From the NCBI GenBank assembly GCA_902494245.1, contig CABUSR010000005.1:6081-70080 (forward strand): a stretch of 64,000 nt of DNA, in the 5' to 3' direction. The notes below the pieces were generated by a model. The model ran no database searches. It was not told the DNA's origin and was given only the letters and a program-made list of their open reading frames with translations. This stretch comes from an uncultured Collinsella sp. GTDB lineage: Bacteria > Actinomycetota > Coriobacteriia > Coriobacteriales > Coriobacteriaceae. Position numbers and translations under genes: made by a program. How positions within the stretch are numbered: the first letter of the stretch is position 1; each line of letters opens with the position of its first letter. This document shows positions 7,972 through 17,803 of the stretch, one piece after another.

Positions 7972-8451
7972 TTATCTGGCGTGTCCGCCGCCCGCCGTCA
8001 TCTGGGCCGCATGTTCCAGCTGGTCACTCACGGCCTCCCAGCTTTCGCGGGCGGCCTTCGTGGAACCGGGAAAGTTTACGACAAGCGTATGACCTCGTTG
8101 CATGCAAATAGCGCGCGAGAGCATGGCGCGGCGCGTCTTGGTCATCGAGTACGCACGGATTGCCTCTGCAATACCCGGCACATCGCGGTCGCAGACGGCA
8201 CGCGTCGCCTCGGGCGTCACATCGCGCATCGAAAGCCCCGTGCCGCCGCAGGTGAGCACGACATTGGCGTGGCACTCATCGGCGGCTTCCACAATGGCAT
8301 CACCGATCTCGCTGGCGTCGTCGCGCACGACCACATGTGAGGCGACCGTCCAACCCTGCGCCACGATGAGTTCCTCGAGCGCGGCACCCGCCTCGTCCTG
8401 GGCAAGATCGCGCGTATCCGAGCACGTCACAATCGAAATCTTCAGCTCCAT
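7972..8451 (-). CDS. moaB: MoaB/Mog-family molybdenum cofactor biosynthesis protein
   Basis: Start trimmed to ATG 8451 (GGAGGA 5 nt upstream), giving 159 aa. The sequence MELKISIVTCSDTRD...VLTCGGTGLSMRDVTPEAT has the MoCF_biosynth fold motifs. Confidence 0.85.
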   Translation of the reverse strand: MELKISIVTCSDTRDLAQDEAGAALEELIVAQGWTVASHVVVRDDASEIGDAIVEAADECHANVVLTCGGTGLSMRDVTPEATRAVCDRDVPGIAEAIRAYSMTKTRRAMLSRAICMQRGHTLVVNFPGSTKAARESWEAVSDQLEHAAQMTAGGGHAR

Positions 8452-8461
8452 AGCATTCCTC

Positions 8462-9730
8462 CTATAGCACCGTGCCCTCAGGCAGGTCGACACGCACGAC
8501 ATCCACGACGTCGCCCGCCTTGAGCTCGCACGGTCCTTCGTCAATACGCAACAGGCAGTTGGCCCGCTGCATCGTGCCGAGCAGCGCCGAATTCTGCGTC
8601 ATGGCCTCGGTCACCAACAGCTCACCGGTCTCGGGGTCGCGCAAAACCGTGGCGCGATCGAAGAAGCGTCGGTCCTGGCGCTTTTTCACACCGTGGGTAA
8701 GAGCCGCTCGCTGCATGGGACGCGCTCCCTCGGCAAAGCCGCGCATCTTACGAATCGCCGGGCGGGCGAGCATCTCAAAGCCCACATACGCCGCGGCCGG
8801 ATTGCCTGAAAGCCCCAGGTAGGGCTTGCCCCCGAGCAAGCCAAACGTAATGGCCTTGCCTGGACGCATCGAGATCCGATCGAACAGCACCTCGCCCTCG
8901 CGCTGGACCAGCGCCGTCACATAGTCGTAGTCGCCCGCCGAGGCGCCACCGCTCGTAATGACAAAATCGCACTCCTGCACGGCACGATGTACCAGCTCGG
9001 CAATCACCTGCTCATCATCGGGCGCAATGCCGTAGAACACGGGCTCGGCTCCCGCATCGAGTGCCTCGGCCATCAACGCGGACGAGTTGGAGTCGCGAAT
9101 CTGCCCGCGCGCCGGCAGCTCACTCGGCGCGACCAGTTCCGTCCCCAGCGAGATAATGCCCACGCGCGGGGCGGCATGCACCTTCACGCTCGCATAACCG
9201 GCGCTTGCCAGCAGGCCGGCGCCTGCCGGAGCCACAACCTCGCCAGCACGCATCACGACGTCGCCGGCATGGGCCTCCTCGGCGGCAGAGCGAACGTTCT
9301 CCCCCACCTTGGCCGGCGCCGAGAACCTCACACGCGAGCCCTCGTTGCCATCGCCGTCAAGCACATCGACAATCTCGTATTTCACCACAGCATCCGCACC
9401 CTCGGGCACCGGCGCGCCCGTCATGATGCGGACCGCCTCGCCCGCACCGATTGCGCCCTCAAACACATGGCCCGCGGCCTCGTGTCCGATAACGTCGAGC
9501 GTCACCGGCGCCTCGCCAGATGCCTGCACCAAGTCCGCCGAGCGCACGGCATACCCGTCCATGGCGCTGTTGGCAAACGGTGAAATGTCGATATCGGCCA
9601 CAGCATCCTCGGCCAAGGGAAAACCAGCCGCCTGCCACACGGGAATCTCGACGAGATCGGTCGGAGCAACGTGCGACAGGACAATCGACTGTGCGTCCTC
9701 CAACGGAATGAGTTTCTCTGCCATATGCAC
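8462..9730 (-). CDS. moeA: Molybdopterin molybdenumtransferase MoeA
   Basis: 422 aa. It matches MoeA N, central and C domains (SPFANSAMDGYAV, ITSGGASAGDYDY, LGLSGNPAAAYV). Confidence 0.9.
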   Translation of the reverse strand: MHMAEKLIPLEDAQSIVLSHVAPTDLVEIPVWQAAGFPLAEDAVADIDISPFANSAMDGYAVRSADLVQASGEAPVTLDVIGHEAAGHVFEGAIGAGEAVRIMTGAPVPEGADAVVKYEIVDVLDGDGNEGSRVRFSAPAKVGENVRSAAEEAHAGDVVMRAGEVVAPAGAGLLASAGYASVKVHAAPRVGIISLGTELVAPSELPARGQIRDSNSSALMAEALDAGAEPVFYGIAPDDEQVIAELVHRAVQECDFVITSGGASAGDYDYVTALVQREGEVLFDRISMRPGKAITFGLLGGKPYLGLSGNPAAAYVGFEMLARPAIRKMRGFAEGARPMQRAALTHGVKKRQDRRFFDRATVLRDPETGELLVTEAMTQNSALLGTMQRANCLLRIDEGPCELKAGDVVDVVRVDLPEGTVL

Positions 9731-9934
9731 CTCTTAATGCCACGGCGCACAACAGGGGCGCCGATTCTTTATGCTTTTCTCAGTATAATCCCCCGACGCA
9801 CGACCGCGACTCGGCCTGAACCCGCAAATACACCTGTCGGTTGCAGGCCGCGAAACAGAATGGAAACCAACCCACCGGCTCGTCGCGCTTGCCGCGTTTT
9901 ATAATGCTTGCGTTGCAACCTAAAAGAGGAATAA

Positions 9935-11356
9935 ATGGCTCATAACAACAAACCCGAAAGCGCAAACGAAGCGCAGGATCATTCCCAGCCGCTCGACGAT
10001 GGCGGCCTTTTCTCCCTTAGCGACGTCATCATGGCCGGCAGGCGTCAACTCACCCGCTCCGAGCAGCTCTTGGCCGCCGACACACGCCGCTACGCCCGCA
10101 ACCTGTTTGCAAGCGCCAAACTGCTCGCGCTCGTCGTCATCGTCTCGCTCGCCATGGGTGTTGCCGCTTGGGCATTTTTGGCCTCGCTGAATATCGCGAC
10201 CGATTATCGCGAGCACCACGTGTGGATTTACGCGTTGCTTCCCGTTGTGGGCGTTGCCACCGCATGGGTGTACAAAAACCACGGCCTTGCCGCCAAACGA
10301 GGTAACAATCTGGTCATCGACTCCGCCCTGGGCACACACCTTATCCATATGCGCATGGCCGTCCTCACCTTCGTCTGCTCCACGCTCACGCACCTCACCG
10401 GCGGATCGGCCGGTCGCGAGGGGGCTGCGGTGCAGATTGGCGGCACCATCGCCAGCAACATCTCGAGCCTCGCCCACCTCAAAAAGCATGACCACCACGA
10501 CCTCATGCTCGCCGGCATCTCGTCGGCCTTTGGCGCCGTATTCGGTTCGCCCCTTGCCGGAGCTTTCTTTGGCATGGAGATGTGCTTTATCGGCAAGATC
10601 GACTACACCGCGGGCATCTACTGCCTGGTCGCCTCGTTTACCGGCTACTTTACGTCGCTTGCCTTGGGAACCGAGTACGAGGCGAATGTTATCGCCAGCG
10701 TTCCCAACATGACACCACGGACGGTTGTCATCGTAGTCATCAGCGCCATCATCTTTGGTCTCACCGCACGTCTCTTTGCCTGGTCGGTTCGTACCGTCAA
10801 GAGCCTGTACGGCCGCTTTATCACCAACTACATTGCTCGCGCACTCGTGGGCGCGCTCGTGGTGCTCGCGGTCTACGCGATGCTCGACGCCTGGAAGTAT
10901 GCCGGCCTTGCCACCTGGCTCTCGGGCGCCGGGTTCGCCGGTAACACGACCCTTGCCGACGCAGCCATCAAGCTCGTGGTGACGGCGCTCACCCTGGGCG
11001 CCGGCTTCCAAGGAGGCGAGGTCACACCCCTGTTTGGCATCGGTGCGGCGCTCGGCGGTTGGATCGGTTGCCTCGTCGGAATCGACCCCAGCTTTCTGGC
11101 GGCGCTGGGCATGCTCGGCGTGTTCTGCGCCGGCCTTAATGTACCCATCACCACCTGTATGATGGCCATCGACCTGTTCCACGGCACGGCTGCCGGGTTC
11201 TTTGTCATCGTGGCGTTTATCAGCTATCTCGTCGGCGGCCACCGCGGCGTATATCCCGCCCAGCGCATTGTCTCGCCTAAACGCCGTTCGCTTATTGTGG
11301 ATGAGGGCGGTACGGTAGCGGATGCTATCGAGCGCCACAACGACCTGATAGAGTAG
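9935..11356 (+). CDS. CLC-family anion/proton antiporter with CLC-F (fluoride)-type selectivity motifs
   Basis: 473 aa. It has the GSAGREGAAVQIGG gating-Glu motif. GNNLVI replaces the canonical GSGIP, and GGEVTPLFG replaces GxFxP. Confidence 0.85.
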   Translation: MAHNNKPESANEAQDHSQPLDDGGLFSLSDVIMAGRRQLTRSEQLLAADTRRYARNLFASAKLLALVVIVSLAMGVAAWAFLASLNIATDYREHHVWIYALLPVVGVATAWVYKNHGLAAKRGNNLVIDSALGTHLIHMRMAVLTFVCSTLTHLTGGSAGREGAAVQIGGTIASNISSLAHLKKHDHHDLMLAGISSAFGAVFGSPLAGAFFGMEMCFIGKIDYTAGIYCLVASFTGYFTSLALGTEYEANVIASVPNMTPRTVVIVVISAIIFGLTARLFAWSVRTVKSLYGRFITNYIARALVGALVVLAVYAMLDAWKYAGLATWLSGAGFAGNTTLADAAIKLVVTALTLGAGFQGGEVTPLFGIGAALGGWIGCLVGIDPSFLAALGMLGVFCAGLNVPITTCMMAIDLFHGTAAGFFVIVAFISYLVGGHRGVYPAQRIVSPKRRSLIVDEGGTVADAIERHNDLIE

Positions 11357-11443
11357 ACGTAAGTATTCGCCGTGCAGCCACAATCGGGGACAATTCGACC
11401 TGAGCGCGACCGCACCGTCACGTCATACGCCGGGAGTCGCCCC

Positions 11444-12406
11444 ATGCACGCAACTGATTTTGGTCGCACGCTCATCATCGCCAACCCAGCCGCCCAATCG
11501 GGTGCGGCGCGCGAAGTTGCCGAGCGCCTGCAGCGCTTTTTGGACATGACCGCGCGCTCATCCCAGTTTGATCTGGTGCTGACCGAGCGCATGGGACAAG
11601 CCAAGGAACTTGCCGCACGGGCCCAGGGCTACCGCACGGTTATCGCACTCGGCGGCGACGGCGTGATCCACGAGGTCGTCAATGGCTTGATGGCGCCAGA
11701 AGAAACGGTTCGACCGGCGCTTGCCGTCCTGCCCGTAGGCTCCGGCAATGATTTTGCCCAGACCCTCGGTATCGACGATTTCTCCGGCAAGGATTTTGCC
11801 GCGCTGCTCACCTGCGAGCTGCAGCGTCAGGATATCGGACGCATTCGCTCATGGAACCCCGCAAGCGGCAGAGGCGAGGCGACCGTCGAGTACTACGACC
11901 AGACGCTTTCGGTCGGTATCGATGCCGCCATCGGCCTGGGCACCACCGAGCTGCGAAAAAAGACGGGGCTCGCCGGCGCTCCGCTCTACACCCTATCGGG
12001 ACTTGAGCAGTTTGGCCTACGCTATCGCAACTACCCCATGACGGTCAGCTTTGACGGCGCGCCCGCCGAGCGCGTGAGGGCGATCATCATGGCGATTCAG
12101 CTGGGGCCCACCTATGGCTCGGGCTATCGCATCTGCCCCGATGCCGACCCCTGCGACGGCATGCTCGACGTTTGCTACGCCTGCGGCCCCGTCCCCCGTG
12201 CGGTCGCGCTTCCCATGTTCCTTTCGGCCAAAGATGGCCACCATACCAAGCTGCCACCGGTTCGCATGCGCCGCTGTCGCCATGCCGAGCTTACCTTTGA
12301 GGAGCCAGACTACCCCATCCAGGCCGACGGCGAGCCCATCGTCGCCTCTCGCATCGAGGTGGACGTCCTCGGCGGAGCCCTCCACGTCTGGCACCCCACC
12401 CGCTAA
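11444..12406 (+). CDS. Diacylglycerol-kinase catalytic-domain lipid kinase (YegS/BmrU family)
   Basis: Start trimmed to ATG 11444 (GGAG 8 nt upstream). Motifs present: LIIANPAAQSG, ALGGDGVIHEVVNGL, PVGSGNDFA. Confidence 0.85.
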   Translation: MHATDFGRTLIIANPAAQSGAAREVAERLQRFLDMTARSSQFDLVLTERMGQAKELAARAQGYRTVIALGGDGVIHEVVNGLMAPEETVRPALAVLPVGSGNDFAQTLGIDDFSGKDFAALLTCELQRQDIGRIRSWNPASGRGEATVEYYDQTLSVGIDAAIGLGTTELRKKTGLAGAPLYTLSGLEQFGLRYRNYPMTVSFDGAPAERVRAIIMAIQLGPTYGSGYRICPDADPCDGMLDVCYACGPVPRAVALPMFLSAKDGHHTKLPPVRMRRCRHAELTFEEPDYPIQADGEPIVASRIEVDVLGGALHVWHPTR

Positions 12407-12414
12407 CCCCACCT

Positions 12415-12483
12415 AAGTTGCGGTGAAATAGGGACTGTTTATGCAGCTAAAGCCGCAAAACAGTCCCTATTTCACCGCAACTT
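12415..12483. repeat. Perfect 26-bp inverted repeat (17-nt loop) between convergent genes; member of the AGTTGCGGTGAAATA hairpin family
   Basis: AAGTTGCGGTGAAATAGGGACTGTTT ... AAACAGTCCCTATTTCACCGCAACTT. A related copy lies at 33210-33276. Confidence 0.8.
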
Positions 12484-12492
12484 ATGAGGAGG

Positions 12493-12873
12493 CTATTCGT
12501 CGCTGCCCGGCTTGCGACGGTTGGCCTTTTTAATCGCGTTGAAGTGTTTGTCGTTGAGCCTGCGCTGGCGCGATCGCTGTGGCACTTTGGTCTTTACGCG
12601 TCGGCGCGGCGGACGGCCACGACACTCAAGCTCTGCCCTCAGCTTACGCAGACAGCAGCTGCGATTCTGAAACTGACTACGGCTCTCGCGCGCCGTCACG
12701 GTAATCCCCGTTGGCCCATGCTTCATGCGTACCGCCGAGTCCGTCGTGTTCACGCCCTGTCCGCCCGGACCCGTCGCGCGAAACACCTGCACCTCGCAAT
12801 CGCGTGCCAACTCCTCGACCGACATCTCGGCATAGCGCGCATACTCGCGCCATCCCATCTTGTTCTCATCCAT
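12493..12873 (-). CDS. arfB: Alternative ribosome-rescue factor ArfB (peptidyl-tRNA hydrolase, RF-1 domain)
   Basis: Start trimmed to ATG 12873 (GGGGAGG upstream, just after the xpt terminator). It has the GGQ motif [22 protein letters not shown] and a basic C-terminal tail. Confidence 0.8.
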   Translation of the reverse strand: MDENKMGWREYARYAEMSVEELARDCEVQVFRATGPGGQGVNTTDSAVRMKHGPTGITVTARESRSQFQNRSCCLRKLRAELECRGRPPRRRVKTKVPQRSRQRRLNDKHFNAIKKANRRKPGSDE

Positions 12874-12892
12874 ATCAACACCTCCCCTCATA

Positions 12893-12929
12893 CAAAAAAT
12901 GTGACAAAGGGACGGTCCCTTTGTCACAT
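12893..12929 (-). terminator. Intrinsic terminator after xpt
   Basis: A 15-bp perfect palindrome, ATGTGACAAAGGGAC-G-GTCCCTTTGTCACAT, is followed on the minus strand by UUUUUUG. Confidence 0.7.
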
Positions 12930-12956
12930 CGCATACCAATCGCTTGTGTTGCGCGC

Positions 12957-13535
12957 TTAGGCGAAGGTGATCTCGCCGTTTTCGCAGTCCATATCGGCGA
13001 TACGAGCCAAGCTCTCGACGCGGAAACCGCGCTTACGGAGCTTATCGCCGCCGCCCTGGAAGCCCTTCTCGACGGCGATGCCAATACCGGCAACCTCGGC
13101 GCCCGCAGCCTCGCAGATCTTAATAAGACCCTCAAGCGCGCAGCCGTTGGCCAGGAAGTCGTCGATAATCAGGACTTTGTCGCCCTCGGACAGGAAGCGC
13201 TTGCCAACGATGACCGGGTACTCCTTCTGCTTGGTAAAGGAGTAGATGGTCGTGGCATACTGCTCGCCGTCAAGGTTGATGGACTGTGCCTTCTTGGCAA
13301 AGACCACCGGCACGCCGCCAAAATGCTGAGCCGCGATGCAAGCCATGCCAATGCCCGAAGCCTCGATTGTCAGGATCTTGTTGATCTCGACACCCTCGAA
13401 CAGACGGGCCCATTCGGCGCCCATGTGGTCGAACAGTTCAACGTCGCACTGGTGGTTGAGGAAGGCATCAACCTTAAGGACGTTACCGGCCTTTACGATG
13501 CCATCATGGCGAATACGATCCTCAAGCTCCTGCAT
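12957..13535 (-). CDS. xpt: Xanthine phosphoribosyltransferase
   Basis: 192 aa, starting [29 protein letters not shown]... It has the PRPP loop [13 protein letters not shown]. Confidence 0.9.
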   Translation of the reverse strand: MQELEDRIRHDGIVKAGNVLKVDAFLNHQCDVELFDHMGAEWARLFEGVEINKILTIEASGIGMACIAAQHFGGVPVVFAKKAQSINLDGEQYATTIYSFTKQKEYPVIVGKRFLSEGDKVLIIDDFLANGCALEGLIKICEAAGAEVAGIGIAVEKGFQGGGDKLRKRGFRVESLARIADMDCENGEITFA

Positions 13536-13692
13536 GGCGCAACCCCTTCTCGCGGCAACGATACCGCGCGATTAATAAACGTTGTTCGATAGTCTACCAC
13601 GGACCGATCCCCGCCCGCCCCACAAGCCGCATCGCACCACAAACCAGTCTTTTTGGGACGGCGCGAATCGTGGCAGACAGCCTCCCAACACG

Positions 13693-15003
13693 CTAATGGC
13701 GGGCGCGCACCCTCACCAAACGCACCATGGCGAGCGCAAAGCCCACAGCGGCCACAGCCATCAACACATAGAACACCGAACGGAAACCAAACAAAAACAC
13801 ATCCGGACGGCCCGCAACAAAACTGGTCACGGCCTCGCCCATCGCCACGCTCATCTGCCCATACAGGATATTCGACGCCACCGTAATGCCGAGTGCCATG
13901 CCGGCGTAGCGCGCAAAACTGCCCAAGCTGCCCGCAAAACCGAGCGCTTCGCGCGGAGCCGAGCCCATATACAGCGAGTTATTGGGGCTCTGGAAAATCG
14001 ACGTGCCGCACGACATAAACGCGACGCAACACACGATTACAGGGATAGAAGAGTGCTCGTCGAGCGTGCTTACCGCAAAGAGGCCGCACACGTACACGCC
14101 CAGGCCGACCGCCGTGGGACCCTCACAGCCAACACGGTCCGAAACCGTACCCGAAAGCGGACCGATAAAGGCATTCACCATCGGCAGCGCCAAAAAGAGC
14201 AGTCCGGAAATGTCAGAACCAAAGCCGTGGGCGTCCTGAAAATAGAACGGCAGAATAAACTCGGATGCGCCGATACCAACGAACACGATGAGCATGCAGG
14301 CGAGGTTGATGGTGAAGGCCGAATTTGCAAAGCAGCGACGAGCGGCCTCGATCAAGGACATGGGGCGCTCGCCGGCCTCCGGCTTAACATGCGGCAGCGT
14401 GTAGAGCCCCACGATAAACGAGATGACGCCAATGGGCAGGTTGATGAGGAAGATGCTCTCCCAGGGAAAGCTTGCCACCAGCATGCCACCGAGCACGGGG
14501 CCACACATCATGCCGAGGGCCACGAAGGTCGCGAGAATACCCATGGCACGGCCTCGTTCGCGCGCCGGGAACGACTCGGTGATGATACCCATGTTGTTAG
14601 CCATGGCCGCCGCGCAACCGACGCCCTGAGCAATGCGTGCCAGGATAAGAACCTCGAGCGAGGCCGAAAGGCCGCACAGCAGCGAACCGACCGAAAAGAC
14701 GATGACGCCCAGCTGGAACACATTCACCTTGCCGCGCACGTCGCCCAGACGGCCAAACGGCAACATGGCCACGCAAGTCGCAAGCAGATACACCGAGCTT
14801 ACCAGCTGGATGCGATCGAGGCCCACGCCCAGCTCTTTTTGCATCACGGGCAGCGCCACGGTCACGACGGTCGAATCCAGACACACCATAAACGTCATGA
14901 TGAGCACGGTAAACAGAATCGCCCATTTGTTCTTGCCATGGGTGTCGCCCTCTAGGGCAATGTGCTCGCGGCGCAGCTGCTCTGCAGTTTTCTCCATATC
15001 CAT
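13693..15003 (-). CDS. MFS transporter (drug:H+ antiporter-like)
   Basis: Multiple TM helices. It has MFS motif-A-like GRLGDVRGK. The start is ATG 15003 or 14997; the longer ORF N-terminus has no support. Confidence 0.85.
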   Translation of the reverse strand: MDMEKTAEQLRREHIALEGDTHGKNKWAILFTVLIMTFMVCLDSTVVTVALPVMQKELGVGLDRIQLVSSVYLLATCVAMLPFGRLGDVRGKVNVFQLGVIVFSVGSLLCGLSASLEVLILARIAQGVGCAAAMANNMGIITESFPARERGRAMGILATFVALGMMCGPVLGGMLVASFPWESIFLINLPIGVISFIVGLYTLPHVKPEAGERPMSLIEAARRCFANSAFTINLACMLIVFVGIGASEFILPFYFQDAHGFGSDISGLLFLALPMVNAFIGPLSGTVSDRVGCEGPTAVGLGVYVCGLFAVSTLDEHSSIPVIVCCVAFMSCGTSIFQSPNNSLYMGSAPREALGFAGSLGSFARYAGMALGITVASNILYGQMSVAMGEAVTSFVAGRPDVFLFGFRSVFYVLMAVAAVGFALAMVRLVRVRARH

Positions 15004-15137
15004 CCTTTCGAGTGGCGCAACGCAAAAACGGGGCCCCAATCGCCTGCAAACAGCCGCGATTGGGGTCCCGCCTACGGAATCGGAACGAAAGGTCACCGAA
15101 GCTTTCGCCAGCATCGGCGCCTTGTGCGAACGCTAGC

Positions 15138-16427
15138 CTAGCACTGCTCGAGCGCCTGCTCAAGGTCGGCAATCAGATCGGCCGTGTCCTCGAGGCCGCA
15201 CGACAGGCGCACCATGTCGGCGGAGATGCCACAGGCGATGAGCTCCTCATCGTTCATCTGACGATGCGTGGCGTTAGCGGGATGCAGGCAGCACGTGCGG
15301 GCGTCGGCCACGTGCGTGGCAATCTGGGCGAGCTTGAGGCTCTTCATAAAGGTCTCGGCCGCCGCGCGACCACCGTTAAAGCCAAAGCTCACAACGCCGC
15401 AGGTACCGTTGGGCATGTACTTCTGAGCCATGTCATAGTACTTATCGCCCTCCAGGCCCGGATAGCTCACGAAGCGTACCTTGGGATGGCTCTGCAGGAA
15501 CTTGGCAACGGCCAGGCCATTCTCGCAATGACGCGGCATGCGCACATGCAGGCTCTCGAGCGAGCTGTTCAAGAAGAACGCCGCCTGCGGGTTCTGCATG
15601 GGGCCGAGGTCGCGCATGAGCTGAGCGGTTGCTTTGGTAATGAAGGCGCCCTCGCGACCGAACTTCTCGGCATACGTCACGCCGTGGTAGCTCTCGTCGG
15701 GCGTGGTGAGACCCGGGAACTTGTCCGCATGAGCCATCCAGTCAAACTGACCGTGGTCGACGATCACGCCGCCCAGGTAGGCAGCATGTCCATCCATGTA
15801 CTTGGTGGTGGAGTGCGTAACGATGTCGGCGCCCCACTCAAAGGGGCGGCACATCACGGGCGTCGGGAAGGTGTTGTCGACCATCAACGGCACGCCGTGA
15901 TCATGCGCGGCCTTGGCAAAGCGCTCAATATCGAGCACGGCAAGGGCGGGATTGGCAATCGTCTCGCCAAAGACGAGCTTAGTATTGGGCTCAAAGGCTG
16001 CCTCGAGCTCCTCGTCGGTGCAGTCGGGGGCAACGAACGTGCAGGTCAAGCCCATACGACCCATGGTGTGGGCGAGCAGGTTGTAGGTACCGCCGTAGAT
16101 GGCAGAGCTCGCGACCACGTGATCGCCGGCACCGGCAACGTTAAAGATCGCGAGGAAGTTCGCAGCCATGCCCGAGCTCGTAAGCATCGCAGCGGTACCG
16201 CCCTCCATCTCGCAGATCTTTGCGGCAACCAAATCGCACGTAGGGTTCTGCAGACGGCTGTAGAAATAGCCCGACTCCTCCAGGTCAAACAGCTTGCCCA
16301 TGTGCTCGGACGTGTCGTACTTCCACGTGGTTGACTGGTAGATAGGCACCTGACGCGGCTCTGCGTCACCCGGGCGATAACCGCCCTGAACACACGTCGT
16401 ACCGATGGTCTGCTCGCTCATATCCAA
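15138..16427 (-). CDS. metY: O-acetylhomoserine aminocarboxypropyltransferase / sulfhydrylase (PLP-dependent)
   Basis: 429 aa. Motifs present: PIYQSTTWKYD, SRLQNPT, and HSTTKYMDGH carrying the PLP-Lys. Confidence 0.9.
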   Translation of the reverse strand: MDMSEQTIGTTCVQGGYRPGDAEPRQVPIYQSTTWKYDTSEHMGKLFDLEESGYFYSRLQNPTCDLVAAKICEMEGGTAAMLTSSGMAANFLAIFNVAGAGDHVVASSAIYGGTYNLLAHTMGRMGLTCTFVAPDCTDEELEAAFEPNTKLVFGETIANPALAVLDIERFAKAAHDHGVPLMVDNTFPTPVMCRPFEWGADIVTHSTTKYMDGHAAYLGGVIVDHGQFDWMAHADKFPGLTTPDESYHGVTYAEKFGREGAFITKATAQLMRDLGPMQNPQAAFFLNSSLESLHVRMPRHCENGLAVAKFLQSHPKVRFVSYPGLEGDKYYDMAQKYMPNGTCGVVSFGFNGGRAAAETFMKSLKLAQIATHVADARTCCLHPANATHRQMNDEELIACGISADMVRLSCGLEDTADLIADLEQALEQC

Positions 16428-16650
16428 CTCCCTTACTTGGGTTTTGTTTTATTCGGTTCACGATACCGCTACGCCGCACCCCTCTCAACCCATCCCGCCG
16501 ATAGGTTATGGGACAAATGAATCAGGGGCATTCGTCACAGCCTTGGGCATTTGCTCGATAAATAAAAATGAGGCATACATGAAGCTCTCGATGATTACAC
16601 GCACCGTCACGGGTACCATAGGCGGGTACACCATGACCAAGGAGACAACA

Positions 16651-17097
16651 ATGAAGCAAATCGATACGGCCCAGCTCGACATCACCGCCTGTCAGGCTCA
16701 GGCTGCCGAATACCACGCCCGCGGCTTTAACTGCGCCCAGGCCGTCGCCTGCACCCTCGCGCCCGCAGTCGGGCTCGACCCCCAGATCGCCTTTACCTTC
16801 ACCGAGGGCTTTGGTGCCGGCATGGGCGGCATGACCGAAACCTGCGGCGCCATCTCGGGCGCCGTGGCCATCATGGGCTTCGTGATGAGCGACGGCATGG
16901 AAAACCCCAAGACCAAGGGCCAGACCTACAAGCTGTCGCGCGAAATCGCCAAGCGTTTTGGCGAGAAGAACACAACAACCGTCTGCGGCACGCTCAAGGG
17001 CATCGGATCGGATAAGGGTCCGCTCCGCAGCTGCCCCGGTTGCATCGACGATGCCGTCGAGATCGCCTGTGATGTGCTAAAGCAGCTCGCCGAGTAA
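16651..17097 (+). CDS. C_GCAxxG_C_C family redox-active protein
   Basis: Start chosen at ATG 16651 (AAGGAG 6 nt upstream); alternatives are 16579 and 16633. Motifs present: GFNCAQAV, TETCGAISGA, TVCGTLKG, SCPGCIDDA. Confidence 0.75.
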   Translation: MKQIDTAQLDITACQAQAAEYHARGFNCAQAVACTLAPAVGLDPQIAFTFTEGFGAGMGGMTETCGAISGAVAIMGFVMSDGMENPKTKGQTYKLSREIAKRFGEKNTTTVCGTLKGIGSDKGPLRSCPGCIDDAVEIACDVLKQLAE

Positions 17098-17164
17098 GCG
17101 GCAGCAACATAAAACGACGGCCGGCGCGCTTGGGATCCATCCAAAAGCACGTCGGCCGTCGCCG

Positions 17165-17803
17165 TTAGAACTCGGCAAACTCGGGAGCACCGACCTCGAT
17201 CTCCTCGCGCCCCGCCATAAGCTCGCGCATCTTAACGCAAAACGACTCCTGCTCCCCTGCCTTAAACACAAAATGAAGCGTCACGGCATCCGCGAATTCG
17301 GTATCCGAAACCTTGGCACCCGAATCCTGCGCCAAACGAAGCACCTGCTCATACTGTGGATAGGCCACATGGACATCAACAGGCACGACGCTCGTCATCT
17401 CAACGATCTGCCCAGCATCTTGAGCCGCGGCCACCGCCGCCTGCGTCGCCGTGGTATAGGCACGTACCAAGCCACCAGGCCCCAACAGCGTGCCACCAAA
17501 ATAGCGCGTCACCACGCAGCAAACATTTTTGAGCCCCGCACCGCGCAGCACCTCGAGTGTCGGCATACCGCTCGTGCGGCTCGGCTCACCATCATCACTC
17601 TGGCGCTCGCGCCCATCGACCAAAATCCACGCGGGAACATTGTGTCGAGCGTCGTAATGACGCTTGCGAACCATCTCGATAAAGGCATTCGCCTCATCCT
17701 CGGACTCAATATGGACCAGCTGGGCAATAAACCGGCTCTTGCGGTCCACAAACTCGCCCGAAGCCTCAATATTCGATTGCAGAGTAAAATAGCTGTCCAA
17801 CAA
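17165..17803 (-). CDS. yigZ: YigZ/IMPACT family protein (UPF0029)
   Basis: 212 aa with a TTG start (GAGGGG 5 nt upstream). Motifs present: DRKSRFIA, HNVPAW, TRYFGGTLLGPGGLVRAY. Confidence 0.85.
   Translation of the reverse strand: MLDSYFTLQSNIEASGEFVDRKSRFIAQLVHIESEDEANAFIEMVRKRHYDARHNVPAWILVDGRERQSDDGEPSRTSGMPTLEVLRGAGLKNVCCVVTRYFGGTLLGPGGLVRAYTTATQAAVAAAQDAGQIVEMTSVVPVDVHVAYPQYEQVLRLAQDSGAKVSDTEFADAVTLHFVFKAGEQESFCVKMRELMAGREEIEVGAPEFAEF

Noticed and set aside
9731-9934. Fluoride (crcB-motif) riboswitch upstream of the CLC-F-like gene, or a Moco riboswitch upstream of moeA on the other strand.
   Set aside because: I could not find the conserved cores of either motif by eye (for example, the GAUG...CUGAUGA-type fluoride signature). 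A covariance-model search would be decisive.
9920-11383. 487-aa ORF on the minus strand, spanning the CLC gene.
   Set aside because: It is antisense to a gene with clear CLC motifs. The translation is Gly/Arg/Asp/His-rich low-complexity sequence with no recognisable domain. It is a typical high-GC shadow ORF.
13536-13692. Purine (guanine/xanthine) riboswitch upstream of xpt.
   Set aside because: The leader lacks the conserved UAUnnnnGGAU...CUACC...CCGUAAA-type junction sequences.
13582-16334. Long plus-strand ORFs 13582..14955 (457 aa) and 15012..16334 (440 aa).
   Set aside because: They are antisense to the MFS transporter and metY, respectively. Their composition is Arg/His/Gly/Ala-biased with no motifs. 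They are shadow ORFs.
16428-16650. SAM riboswitch or T-box upstream of metY.
   Set aside because: I recognised no SAM-I or SAM-IV core and no T-box (GGUGGUACCGCG) sequence. The spacer more likely holds only divergent promoters.
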